A stretch of DNA of 64,000 bases from Deltaproteobacteria bacterium (GCA_031254895.1 JAIRTO010000324.1:13-64012); one strand, 5' to 3'; positions 19,830-29,666 are shown, counted from the first letter of the stretch. Made by a program: numbers and translations. The notes: generated by a model from the letters alone, not told the origin.

Positions 19830-22673
19830 ATGACCTTTGACGAAGACAGGTTGAACGAGCTATTGAACCGGGCCAGCCTTGATCTGGTCATGCTCTCGCA
19901 GGACGACCTCTTGGAGTTCAGCTCGCTTTTGGGGATGATGGAGGAGATTCGCGAAGCCTTCGCTCCTCTGGCCGGCGACGTCGCTCCAGACGAGGCCGCC
20001 TCCGGCCCTTCTTCTCAAGACGCCTCTTGGCCTCGACAGATCCTCGCCTCTCTGTCTTCCATTCTGGAGCTGGCCATCCTCGACGAAATGTCCGACCCTG
20101 ATCAAGGCGTGGAGCTTTTGAGCCAGGGACTGATTCTTTTGGACGAGTTGGCCCGCTGCCTCCCCGTAGAGGCGCCCTTTCAGGGCGACGCCGCCGGCTT
20201 TTTGAAGAAGGCGACCAAATTTCAGCAAGCCTCGATGGAAAAAATGGCGGCCGCCCTAAGCGACGACGGAACCGCCTCCTCCTCTCCCGACGATTTCTCT
20301 CTTTTTGGCTCTTCCTCCGAAACTTCCCCGCCATCTGAAAATCGGCTCTCGGACGATTCGTCGGCCGAACCGATCCGCTTAAGCGACTCGCCGTCAGGGG
20401 AAGCGTTCGACATTCCTTTGTCCGGCGGACAAGCGGCCGGGGGACAAGCGGTCGGGGGCCAGGCGGCCGAGTTCGGCGGCGGACGGCGCGAATCCGGCAA
20501 AGACTCTTTTCAGCCGCGCAAAAAAGGCGACGGTCTGGCCTTCATCGTGCCCACGCCCACGCAAGTTCGTCGGGATGTCTTGTTGTTGACTCAGAAGCTG
20601 ACGGTGGATTACTTCAAGTCCGATTTTATCGGGGCCGTGGAAGATCTACAGATGAAGCTGGTCAGCGTCGAGCAGAAAGCCGATCCGTGTTCGGCCATGT
20701 CCGAGACGCTGCCGCGCTTCCGGGCCATTCTGGGCGGCTTGTGCCTCTTGGATCTCGACGATCTGGCCAGACTCGCCGCCGACACCATCGGCCTCATCGA
20801 TTACGTCGTCGGCGAACAGGTTCCCCACACCACCGTCATCACCGACGTGTTGCTGAAGGCCTGTTCCTTCGTCATCGGCGGCCTGTCCACCCTGGTCATC
20901 AACCCCGACGGACGCAGCTGGTCCATCAATCCCAGTTGGACGAGCGAAGAGCTCGCCCAGCTTAGGGAAAATCTGTGGGCGGCTCGCCAAGGCATCCTGA
21001 CGGCGGCGCCTCAGCCGCCAGCCGCTCAGCCGGTGGCCGCGGCCTTGGGCAAGCCCAAAAAGCTGGGCGAAATTTTGGTCGAAAAGGGCCTCATCTCGGA
21101 AGGGGATTTGGGCGGTCTCATCCAAGCCCAGAAAACGGTCAGAAGCGTCAGGCTGGGCGAAATTCTGGTCAAGGAAAACCTAATTTCGGAACATGAGCTG
21201 GAAGAGGCCCTCAAGCGGCAGCAGGGCGAGGACAAGGGCCGACGCTTGGGCGAAATACTGGTCTCCATGGGTCTTCTGGAACACGAGCACATCGACAAGG
21301 CCTTGAAGATACAGGAAGGATTAAAAGAAACCAAACTTGGCGAAATCATCCTCAAACAGAAGATAGGCGCCCCTGAAAAGGTGGCCGCGGCTTTGCGCGA
21401 GCAGAAGCAAAGCGAGATGGCCGTGACCCCGGGCGCGGGGCTGGGGGGAGTGCAGACGGTCAAGGTGGAGACTTTAAAGCTCGACGGGCTCATCGATCTG
21501 GTCGGGGAGCTGGTCATAACCCAATCTCTCATCACTTCCAACGAATCCATCAAAGAGCTCAAAGAGCAAAAAATAATCAAAGATCTGGCTCAAGTTTCCC
21601 GCATCACCTCCGAATTGCAGCGAAACGCCATGAGTCTTCGGATGGTCCAGATCAACAACACCTTCCGAAAAATGGGCCGACTGGTCAGAGATTTGGCCCA
21701 TAAATTCGAAAAGGACGTGGAGTTTCAAACCATAGGCGAAGACACGGAGATCGACCGCAACATGGTCGAATCTCTCTACGATCCTCTGGTTCACATGATC
21801 CGAAACGCTCTCGACCATGGCCTGGAGATGCCCAAGGAGCGCTTGGCCAAAGGCAAGTCTCCCAAAGGCATGGTTCTTTTGAAGGCCTACCATCAAGGCG
21901 GAAACGTGGTCATAGAGCTCTCCGACGACGGCAACGGACTGGACCTCGACAAGACGCTGGCCAAGGCCGTGGAAAAAGGTTTCGTCCAGCCTGGAGAAAA
22001 TCTTTCTGAGGCGGCCATTCGCAACCTGATCTTTCAGCCCGGCTTCTCCACCACCGACAAAGTCACCGAGATCTCCGGGCGCGGGATCGGCATGGACGTA
22101 GTGAAAAAATCAATTGAAGTTTTGAGAGGCAAGGTCGATTTCGCCACGGCCCCCAACGAAGGCTCCACTTTCACCATACGTCTGCCCTTAACCTTAGCCA
22201 TAATTGATGGTATGATAGTGAGGGTTGGCGAGAATCAGTACATTTTGCCGACAATTTCCATCAATCAGTCCTTCAGGCCGAAGCCGGAAGAGTATTTCAC
22301 CGTCAAAAACCAGGGCGAGATGATCAAAGTGCGAGACAGCCTTCTGCCTTTGGTCAGACTCAACCGGCTGGTGAACGTTCAGGACGCCGTCTCCGATCCG
22401 TCCAGAGCTTTGGTGGTGGTCGTGGAGAACGAGGGCGAAAGACGCTGCCTCATGGTCGACGAGGTCGTCGGCAAGCAGGAAGTCGTCATCAAGTCTCTGG
22501 GCGAGCGCCTCAAATACGTCCGGACTCTGGCCGGCGGCACCATCCTCGGCGACGGCAGGGTGGGGCTGATTTTGGACGTCAACGGCTTGTTCGAAGCCGA
22601 AGAAGGCGGTCCTTCCCTAATCGCCGGAAGAGACTGTTTCGACGACGACGACTGGGGCATGGGACCGACCTGA
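19830..22673 (+). CDS. cheA: CheA-type chemosensory histidine kinase with an atypical N-terminus and four MshEN/T2SSE_N-like motifs
   Basis: Dimerisation region VKVETLKLDGLIDLVGELVITQS, N-box HMIRNALDHGLE, G1 DDGNGLD, G2 GRGIGMDVV and a C-terminal CheW-like domain (IIDGMIVRVGENQYILP...LMVDEVVGKQEVVIKSLG). I use ATG 19830; the ORF track starts at TTG 19815. Confidence 0.9.
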   Translation: MTFDEDRLNELLNRASLDLVMLSQDDLLEFSSLLGMMEEIREAFAPLAGDVAPDEAASGPSSQDASWPRQILASLSSILELAILDEMSDPDQGVELLSQGLILLDELARCLPVEAPFQGDAAGFLKKATKFQQASMEKMAAALSDDGTASSSPDDFSLFGSSSETSPPSENRLSDDSSAEPIRLSDSPSGEAFDIPLSGGQAAGGQAVGGQAAEFGGGRRESGKDSFQPRKKGDGLAFIVPTPTQVRRDVLLLTQKLTVDYFKSDFIGAVEDLQMKLVSVEQKADPCSAMSETLPRFRAILGGLCLLDLDDLARLAADTIGLIDYVVGEQVPHTTVITDVLLKACSFVIGGLSTLVINPDGRSWSINPSWTSEELAQLRENLWAARQGILTAAPQPPAAQPVAAALGKPKKLGEILVEKGLISEGDLGGLIQAQKTVRSVRLGEILVKENLISEHELEEALKRQQGEDKGRRLGEILVSMGLLEHEHIDKALKIQEGLKETKLGEIILKQKIGAPEKVAAALREQKQSEMAVTPGAGLGGVQTVKVETLKLDGLIDLVGELVITQSLITSNESIKELKEQKIIKDLAQVSRITSELQRNAMSLRMVQINNTFRKMGRLVRDLAHKFEKDVEFQTIGEDTEIDRNMVESLYDPLVHMIRNALDHGLEMPKERLAKGKSPKGMVLLKAYHQGGNVVIELSDDGNGLDLDKTLAKAVEKGFVQPGENLSEAAIRNLIFQPGFSTTDKVTEISGRGIGMDVVKKSIEVLRGKVDFATAPNEGSTFTIRLPLTLAIIDGMIVRVGENQYILPTISINQSFRPKPEEYFTVKNQGEMIKVRDSLLPLVRLNRLVNVQDAVSDPSRALVVVVENEGERRCLMVDEVVGKQEVVIKSLGERLKYVRTLAGGTILGDGRVGLILDVNGLFEAEEGGPSLIAGRDCFDDDDWGMGPT
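21060..21404 (+). other. Four tandem 24-residue MshEN/T2SSE_N-type motifs inside CheA (putative c-di-GMP binding modules)
   Basis: The motifs are KLGEILVEKGLISEGDLGGLIQAQ, RLGEILVKENLISEHELEEALKRQ, RLGEILVSMGLLEHEHIDKALKIQ and KLGEIILKQKIGAPEKVAAALREQ (aa 416-530 in ORF-track numbering), separated by 6-7 residues. They fit RLGxx(L/V/I)(L/V/I)xxG(L/V/I)(L/V/I)xxxxLxxxLxxQ as I recall it. Confidence 0.6.
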
Positions 22674-22754
22674 GCCGTCGCCTTTTAGAGCCAAAAAAAC
22701 CTGTCTTGGTCGTCGGCCCCTTTGGTTTTCCATCGGTCGACCGGAGACGGTCTT

Positions 22755-22890
22755 CATGGTCGCTTGATCGCATGGCAGCTTGATCGCATGGCCGCATGGT
22801 CGCTCGAACGCTGGCCGCTTTTCAGCCTTTTCGCTTCTTGCCGCTTGGCCGCTTGGCGGCTTGGCCGTTTGGCCGTTTTACGACGTTTCA
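22755..22890. repeat. Stutter arrays in the cheA-cheW spacer (gcttgatcgcatgg x2, ccgcttggc / ggccgtttt words)
   Basis: Read directly: ggtcgcttgatcgcatggcagcttgatcgcatggccgcatggtcgc ... ccgcttggccgcttggcggcttggccgtttggccgtttt. Confidence 0.7.
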
Positions 22891-22960
22891 TATTTGATCC
22901 TTTGCCAAAAAGCCATATTATTGTCGAAAAATGGGCCGCCAAAAAAGGCCGCCAAGCCAA

Positions 22961-23040
22961 GGCGACCAATTCTAGGCGACCGATTCTAGGCGACCGATTC
23001 TTGGCCGCCCAATTCTAGGCCGACCGATTGGCGGTCGGCC
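22961..23040. repeat. ggcgaccgattctag-type 14-15-bp tandem repeat (about 3 copies), ending in a perfect 9-bp palindrome GGCCGACCG-attgg-CGGTCGGCC
   Basis: ggcgaccaattctaggcgaccgattctaggcgaccgattcttggccgcccaattctaggccgaccgattggcggtcggcc. Confidence 0.75.
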
Positions 23041-23150
23041 GAAGTGACCGTAAAATACGGACGCGCGAAAGGCCGGACGACCTTTAAAGTTCCCTTCGGC
23101 CTCTTTATAAACCCTTTTTCGGATGACGTTTTAGTTTTTGGGTGTCGTCT

Positions 23151-23693
23151 ATGAGTCAGAGCCAAATAAACGAAGCCAGCAGTTTGTCGGTCGATCATTC
23201 ACAGGACATGAAATTTCTGCAGTTTGAGCTGGCCGGCGAATTCTACGGACTGGATATCCTTAAAATCATGGAAATCAACGGATTGATGGACATAACCGCC
23301 GTGCCCCAGACTCCTCAGTTCATGAAAGGTCTCATAAACCTGAGGGGGAAAGTCATTCCGGTCATCGATCTGCGGCTGAAGTTCGGCCTGCCGGAGGAAA
23401 CGTACTCCGAACGGACCTCCATAATCGTCATAGAGTTCAACACTCTGTCCGGGACCACCCATATGGGCATCGTGGTGGACAGGGTTTCCGAGGTCATAAC
23501 CATCAACAAAGCCGACATAGAGCCGGCTCCGGAATTCGGCAGCCGGCTGAAGAGCGAATACATCAAAGGCATGGCCAAGACCAAGACTCAGGTGCTCATC
23601 ATTTTGGACATAGATCTTATCTTGACCGACGAAGAGCTGACTTTCGGGCCGAGGGCCGAATTCGTCGAAGAAGAAAAGGCCGAAGACGCCTGA
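23151..23693 (+). CDS. cheW: Chemotaxis coupling protein CheW
   Basis: FLQFELAGEFYGLDILKIMEINGLMDITAVPQTPQFMKGLINLRGKVIPVIDLRLKFGL is canonical CheW. I use ATG 23151; a GTG at 23142 is also possible. Confidence 0.9.
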   Translation: MSQSQINEASSLSVDHSQDMKFLQFELAGEFYGLDILKIMEINGLMDITAVPQTPQFMKGLINLRGKVIPVIDLRLKFGLPEETYSERTSIIVIEFNTLSGTTHMGIVVDRVSEVITINKADIEPAPEFGSRLKSEYIKGMAKTKTQVLIILDIDLILTDEELTFGPRAEFVEEEKAEDA

Positions 23694-23802
23694 CCGCCCA
23701 ACACGCATTAGGACGCCGTTTTTCTTGTCTCGCGTTATGGAGTCGGACAAGATCGCTTTTTCGTCTTATTGAACCTGGCTGGCATTTTTGGGGGAGACAA
23801 TA

Positions 23803-24687
23803 GTGAGCGAAAGATTTCAACCAGGGGCTTCCCCTTTCAATCAGCCGGATCTGAGCGACGCCGAATACCAGACCATCGCGTCTTTCGTTCATAAGGCCAG
23901 CGGCATCAATCTTATGGACGGGAAGAAAGAGCTGGTTCGGGCCAGGCTGGCCAAGCGCATCAGTCAGCTGCAGATGAAGAATTTCAAGTCCTATTTCCAG
24001 CACGTCATGACCGACTCCACCGGAGACGAGCTCGTCTTTCTTTTGGACGCCTTGGCCACCAATCTGACCAGCTTCTGGCGCGAACCCCAACATTTCGATT
24101 TTATGACCAAGACTTTCGTTCCGGAGCTGGAAGCCAGACGGCGCCGTCCCGGCGGCGGCGGACCGAGGATGCGAATCTGGAGCGCCGCCTGCTCTTCCGG
24201 CGAAGAGCCGTACACCATAGCCATGGTGGTTTTGGAGAAGAGTCCCTACTTCGCCCAAGGCGGAGATTTCAGAATATTGGCCACGGATCTGTCGACCAAG
24301 GTCTTGAACGTCGCCAAAAGAGGCCAATACGGCCCGGAGAGCGTGAAAAACATACCTCCGGCTTCCCTCCACGCCTTCATGACCAAGAGTCCGGCCGAAA
24401 AAGGCGGCTTCACCTACGTCGTCAAGCCCGAGGTGAGAAGGATCATCTCTTTCCGGCGCTTCAACCTGATGGAGCCCATGCCTTTCAAAGGACCGATGGA
24501 TCTGATCTTCTGCCGCAACGTCATGATTTATTTCGATCGCGAGACCATAGCCAGGCTGGTGGAGAAGTTTCACAACCTCTTGGAAGTCGGGGGCTATCTA
24601 TTCATCGGGCATTCGGAGAGTCTGTCCGGGTTGACCCACAATTTTCAGTACGTGGCTCCCTGCATCTACAGGAAGGTCAATCGCTGA
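23803..24687 (+). CDS. cheR: Chemotaxis protein methyltransferase CheR
   Basis: N-terminal helical CheR domain (DAEYQTIASFVHKASGINL...), NLTSFWREPQHFDF and the SAM-binding segment RIWSAACSSGEEPYTIAM. I prefer GTG 23803 (GGGGGAG RBS) over TTG 23788. Confidence 0.9.
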   Translation: MSERFQPGASPFNQPDLSDAEYQTIASFVHKASGINLMDGKKELVRARLAKRISQLQMKNFKSYFQHVMTDSTGDELVFLLDALATNLTSFWREPQHFDFMTKTFVPELEARRRRPGGGGPRMRIWSAACSSGEEPYTIAMVVLEKSPYFAQGGDFRILATDLSTKVLNVAKRGQYGPESVKNIPPASLHAFMTKSPAEKGGFTYVVKPEVRRIISFRRFNLMEPMPFKGPMDLIFCRNVMIYFDRETIARLVEKFHNLLEVGGYLFIGHSESLSGLTHNFQYVAPCIYRKVNR

Positions 24688-24866
24688 CGATTTCGCCTGT
24701 TTTGGCCGGCGTGCGGCGGCGTTTTTTTTCTTGGCTTTTGGCGCCTTGAAAAGATTTTCGAGCGAGGCGCCCTCTGAAGATGACGGTCTTCGGCAGACGG
24801 TTTTTGAAGGATGGTTTTTGAAAGATGGTTTTGGAAAGAAGGTCTTTAACGGCCGTCTTCGTTTAA

Positions 24867-25997
<1,131 letters not shown>

Positions 25998-26009
25998 GGG
26001 AGAGACGCG

Positions 26010-26843
26010 ATGGTCGCCGCCAACACGAAAAGGGGGCCGTCCAAGGCCCCGAAAACGGCCAAAGAAACGGAATCCGTCGGAGACTTCGCCGACTTGGGAA
26101 AGGCATCTCAAAGGTCCTCGGGTCTGCGGGAGTCGGCGGCGGCAAAGGAAGCGACGGCGGCAAAGAGGTCGGCGGCGGCAAGGGGGGCCAGGACTTCAAG
26201 ATCTCCAGGAACTTCAAAAACTTCAAAGACGTCAAAAACTGAAAAAAGTTCCGGGGGCGACGGTTTCGTCGCTCCGCTTCCGTCAGGCGGAATTGTCCCT
26301 TCAGCCACCTGTCTGGATCAGGCCAGCGGTTTGTACCATCCTCAGCATTTCAACCTCTCGCTCAGTTACGAGTTCAGCCGGATGGAAAGGACCGAGAAGC
26401 CGTTGGGACTAATTTTGGTGAGGTACCGCGAGCCCGAAAACAGCGTTCTGCAAAAATTGGCCGTTTTCTTGCGCGGCGCTTTGCGTCCTTTGGATCTGGC
26501 CGCCCGCTTGTCCGAGGAGGAAGTGGCCATATTGATACCCGAAGCGGACAAGGACAAGGCTTTGAGACTTCTGGCCGCTCTAGGGCGCGAGTTCGGTCCG
26601 AAAGGGAGCCTTTGCGGGCCGGCCGTCGTTTTTGGGGCGGCTCTGGCCAAGCCTTATCAGGGGGGAGGTCCGGAGGATCTGGTGCGGCGGGCTCGGGAAA
26701 ACCCCGGCGACGCGGAGGCGGCGGCGGCCAGGATTTCAGCCGTTTCCAGTCCCTGGTCGGAGGCGGACACGGCTTTAGCCGGAGAGGAAAGAGACAGTCT
26801 TTTCAGCGGCTTCGCCGCTTTGACGGGGCGGACTCGCTCTTAG
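26010..26843 (+). CDS. Degenerate GGDEF-like domain protein (SEEEV instead of GGDEF/GGEEF; RxxD I-site retained) with a low-complexity Lys/Ser/Thr-rich N-terminus
   Basis: GAGGGAGAG RBS, with the start 12 nt after the cheB stop. LDQASGLYHPQHF aligns with DxLTGLxNRRxF. ALRPLDLAARLSEEEVAILIPEAD aligns residue for residue with RxxDxxxRxGG(D/E)EFxxLLPxT. The upstream Mg-binding DxD / GHxxGD segment is absent. Confidence 0.65.
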   Translation: MVAANTKRGPSKAPKTAKETESVGDFADLGKASQRSSGLRESAAAKEATAAKRSAAARGARTSRSPGTSKTSKTSKTEKSSGGDGFVAPLPSGGIVPSATCLDQASGLYHPQHFNLSLSYEFSRMERTEKPLGLILVRYREPENSVLQKLAVFLRGALRPLDLAARLSEEEVAILIPEADKDKALRLLAALGREFGPKGSLCGPAVVFGAALAKPYQGGGPEDLVRRARENPGDAEAAAARISAVSSPWSEADTALAGEERDSLFSGFAALTGRTRS

Positions 26844-26914
26844 ATCCAATACTGTCAACTTAAGCTAGGGTTGATTGTTCCTGGCATCATCAATAGATAT
26901 CGTAGGCGTCAATT

Positions 26915-27223
26915 TCCGCGCCCACAATCGCCCTTGTCCCGAGGTTCAACAAGAGCGACGACTCTCGCCTTTGGGAAAGCGGTCTCGCCTTGCTTGACAG
27001 AAGGAAAACCGAAATGAACCCTAAAGCGGGTTCATCATTGCGGAACCAAAAAACAGGTTCCATCAAGAGCCGTCAGTCGGAACCCTTTGCATCGCGCGCC
27101 AATCATCTTTGAACCAAGCGCAAAAAGTCGATTTCTGCAAAATCGGTCAAAATTAACCCTTGATAATAGGCATTCGTCTGACTCGACTTTTGGCATTACA
27201 GGTGGTTTTTGCAGTTGGATCAA
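26915..27223 (-). pseudogene. Relic of an IS4-family DDE transposase, interrupted by a stop and truncated
   Basis: The minus-strand translation reads ...GFRLTALDGTCFLVPQ*TRFRVHFGFPSVKQGETAFPKARVVALVEPRD... The LDGT (first catalytic Asp) and AFPxARvVALve blocks resemble IS4-type transposases from memory. There is an in-frame TGA, and the rest of the gene is missing. Confidence 0.4.
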
Positions 27224-27437
27224 ATTTAGTTTAGCGCAAGAAAAAATAAAAAGGCGTTTTTTCGTTTCACCCGCTTAACAGCTACAGATGATTCTGTTTT
27301 TCACGTTAAATAAACAGTGAGATTACCCGAAAAACGTCAAGCCGCCAATAACGTCAAGCTTCGTCAGGAGCGAAAGCCTGAAGAAATTGGCCAGGGAGGC
27401 TGCCCGGGGCGACGGCAGGCCCAGCTTCGTCTCAATT

Positions 27438-28397
27438 TCAGCGAAGCGACTTGTTTATGTCTCTATCCATCCATAAGCCCAGCAAAAATGACTGCAAGCC
27501 CAAGGTAAAACTGAAAAGCATGATGATGAGGGTTATTTCCGGCATCTGGCTTTGGTCTATCCAAAGATAAATCAGCCGCAAAAAAAACAGAAAGCCGATG
27601 GCGAACAGGCCCAGCCCCATGAGAATGAACAGAAACAGGGGGTGAGCGTCTCGAATCACGTATTTTTTCCACATGCGCCAGGCGTACATGGTCAGCAACA
27701 AGCGGCTGATGGGCCACAGCACCTGTCTGGGCTTGAAGCCGCTGGTCTCGCCGATGTTGTAGACCGGTTTTATGGGGACGTCGCGAACCCGCATTTCCTC
27801 GACGTTCAATCGGACCAAAATGTCGTTGGGCTGGCCGTATCGCTTGTACATCTTGTCCCAATCAATGGCCTTGAGGGCTCGCAGACTGATGACGGTGTAC
27901 CCTGTTTGAGAGTCGGCGATGTGCCAGTAGCCGGAAGCCACCTTGGTCAGAAACGAGAGGGCGGCGTTGCCGAAAAATCTCACCTTCGGGATGAGGTGGT
28001 AGGACTCTTCGTAGACCAGGCGGTTGCCCTTGGCGTAATCGACGCCGTCTTCGGCCACCGGGTCGCACAAATTCGGCAGATCCGCCGGATCCATCTGGCC
28101 GTCTCCGGCCATCACCACGGCCATGTCCACGTCGTTGTCTCGCGCCCACTTGTAGCCGGTGGCGATGGCGCCGCCCACGCCCTGATTGACTTTATGGGAC
28201 AAAAGGACGACTCTAGAGTCTGATTTGGCGAGCCTTTCCGCTTCGGCGGCCGTGCCGTCGGAGCTTTGGTCGTCGATCACGACTATGTGATCGACGAAGT
28301 CAGGCATGGTCAGAACGACCCGGGAGAGCAGCTTTTCTTCGTTGTAAGCCGGCACCACGGCGGCCAGGGTTTTGTTTTTGTACATGTCAACTCGCAT
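27438..28397 (-). CDS. Family 2 glycosyltransferase (polyprenyl-phosphate sugar synthase-like) with C-terminal TM helices
   Basis: LAAVVPAYNEEKLLSRVV...IVVIDDQSSDGT...VVMAGDGQMDP, then hydrophobic C-terminal helices. Confidence 0.85.
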   Translation of the reverse strand: MRVDMYKNKTLAAVVPAYNEEKLLSRVVLTMPDFVDHIVVIDDQSSDGTAAEAERLAKSDSRVVLLSHKVNQGVGGAIATGYKWARDNDVDMAVVMAGDGQMDPADLPNLCDPVAEDGVDYAKGNRLVYEESYHLIPKVRFFGNAALSFLTKVASGYWHIADSQTGYTVISLRALKAIDWDKMYKRYGQPNDILVRLNVEEMRVRDVPIKPVYNIGETSGFKPRQVLWPISRLLLTMYAWRMWKKYVIRDAHPLFLFILMGLGLFAIGFLFFLRLIYLWIDQSQMPEITLIIMLFSFTLGLQSFLLGLWMDRDINKSLR

Positions 28398-28433
28398 GTC
28401 GGCGATTTGGCGAGGCTCGTCGTTTTGGCCTCG

Positions 28434-29303
28434 TCACTTGGCGTAGACGGCTATGATGAGATCTCCTCTGCGGCCGTCCGGGCCGGGGACGCCGTGTCCG
28501 GCGGCTTTCAGGGACGTTCCGGCCCGCGTCCCGGCCGGCACGGTCAATCTGAGATTGCGTTCGTCCAAAGTGGGCACCAAGACCCGGCAGCCGTCGAGCA
28601 GTTCGGCTTTGGTCAGCTGAAGGGCGGTCAGCAGATCCTGCCCGACTCGCTTGAAATTCTGGTCGGCGGTAATGCTGACGGTGACCAGCAAATCCCCGGC
28701 CTTTCGGCCTGGGCTAGGCGCCCGGCCAGGGACTTTGACGATTTGCCCCGTTTTGGTTCCCGGGGGGATGGTCACCGGCACCCTGACGACTTCGCCGCCG
28801 ACGTTGAAGGCGGCGATTTTGATGGCCCCGAAGACGGCTTCCTTGAGAGACACCGCCAGAATTATGCCAAAGCCCGACTTGGCCGACGGCTTTTTCCTTC
28901 CCGGCTTCTGGCCGAATTCGGCGAAAAAATCCTGGTACGGGCCGGTTCCGGCCCGTTTGGCCGGATTGTCCTCCAGGATGCCGAATAAAGTCTCTTTGAC
29001 GGGAGGCAGACCGAATTCTCGAAAAAGATCGGACAGATCAAAGCCTTGAAATATGTCTCCCGTCCCGCATTCGGCGTTGAAGGCCTCCGGTCCCAAGTGG
29101 TCGTAGCGTCGCCTTTTGACCGGATCGCTTAAGACGGCGTAAGCCTCGGCGATGGATTTGAAGCGTTCCTCCGCGACTTTCGAGCCGGGATTTCGATCCG
29201 GGTGCCAGATGACCGCCAGTTTGCGGTAAGCTTTTTTCAAGGCCGCCTGGTCGGCTTCCGCATCGACTTGAAGGATCCGGTAATAGTCTTTCCAGACAGC
29301 CAC
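28434..29303 (-). CDS. J-domain co-chaperone lacking the zinc-finger region (CbpA-like DnaJ homologue)
   Basis: KDYYRILQVDAEADQAALKKAYRKLAVIWHPDRNPG (HPD motif), followed directly by DnaJ C-terminal beta-domains. No CxxCxGxG repeats. Confidence 0.85.
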   Translation of the reverse strand: MAVWKDYYRILQVDAEADQAALKKAYRKLAVIWHPDRNPGSKVAEERFKSIAEAYAVLSDPVKRRRYDHLGPEAFNAECGTGDIFQGFDLSDLFREFGLPPVKETLFGILEDNPAKRAGTGPYQDFFAEFGQKPGRKKPSAKSGFGIILAVSLKEAVFGAIKIAAFNVGGEVVRVPVTIPPGTKTGQIVKVPGRAPSPGRKAGDLLVTVSITADQNFKRVGQDLLTALQLTKAELLDGCRVLVPTLDERNLRLTVPAGTRAGTSLKAAGHGVPGPDGRRGDLIIAVYAK

Positions 29304-29484
29304 GTTCGTCTCCCGCGATGTTTATGGACGATTGGCGGACTATTGACGGACAATAGACGCGCGAAAGGGCGGACGACAGTTGGAGGTCAGAGGCGCGACA
29401 GGCGAAACGTCAGCCGCTCCATGGTTTCTTCAGGCGACGTTTGCCGAGGACGGCCGGTCGGCCTCGGGCCGTTGTTCCAGCCCT

Positions 29485-29640
29485 AGTTCAAACTGTCGTC
29501 CAAGCCGCCGTCCAAACCGATTGTTCAAGCCGTTGTCCAACCTGATTGTCCAAACCGTCGTCCAAGCTCTTGTCCAACCTAAGTTGCGCAAGGCGTGATC
29601 CAAGCCCTTGTCCATCATGTCGTCCAAAGCCGTCGCTCAA
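29485..29640. repeat. Stutter array of gtccaa(a/g)c words
   Basis: gtcgtccaagccgccgtccaaaccgattgttcaagccgttgtccaacctgattgtccaaaccgtcgtccaagctcttgtccaacc... Confidence 0.75.
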
Positions 29641-29666
29641 GATCTGGCCAGAGCCGTCTTCGAGCG

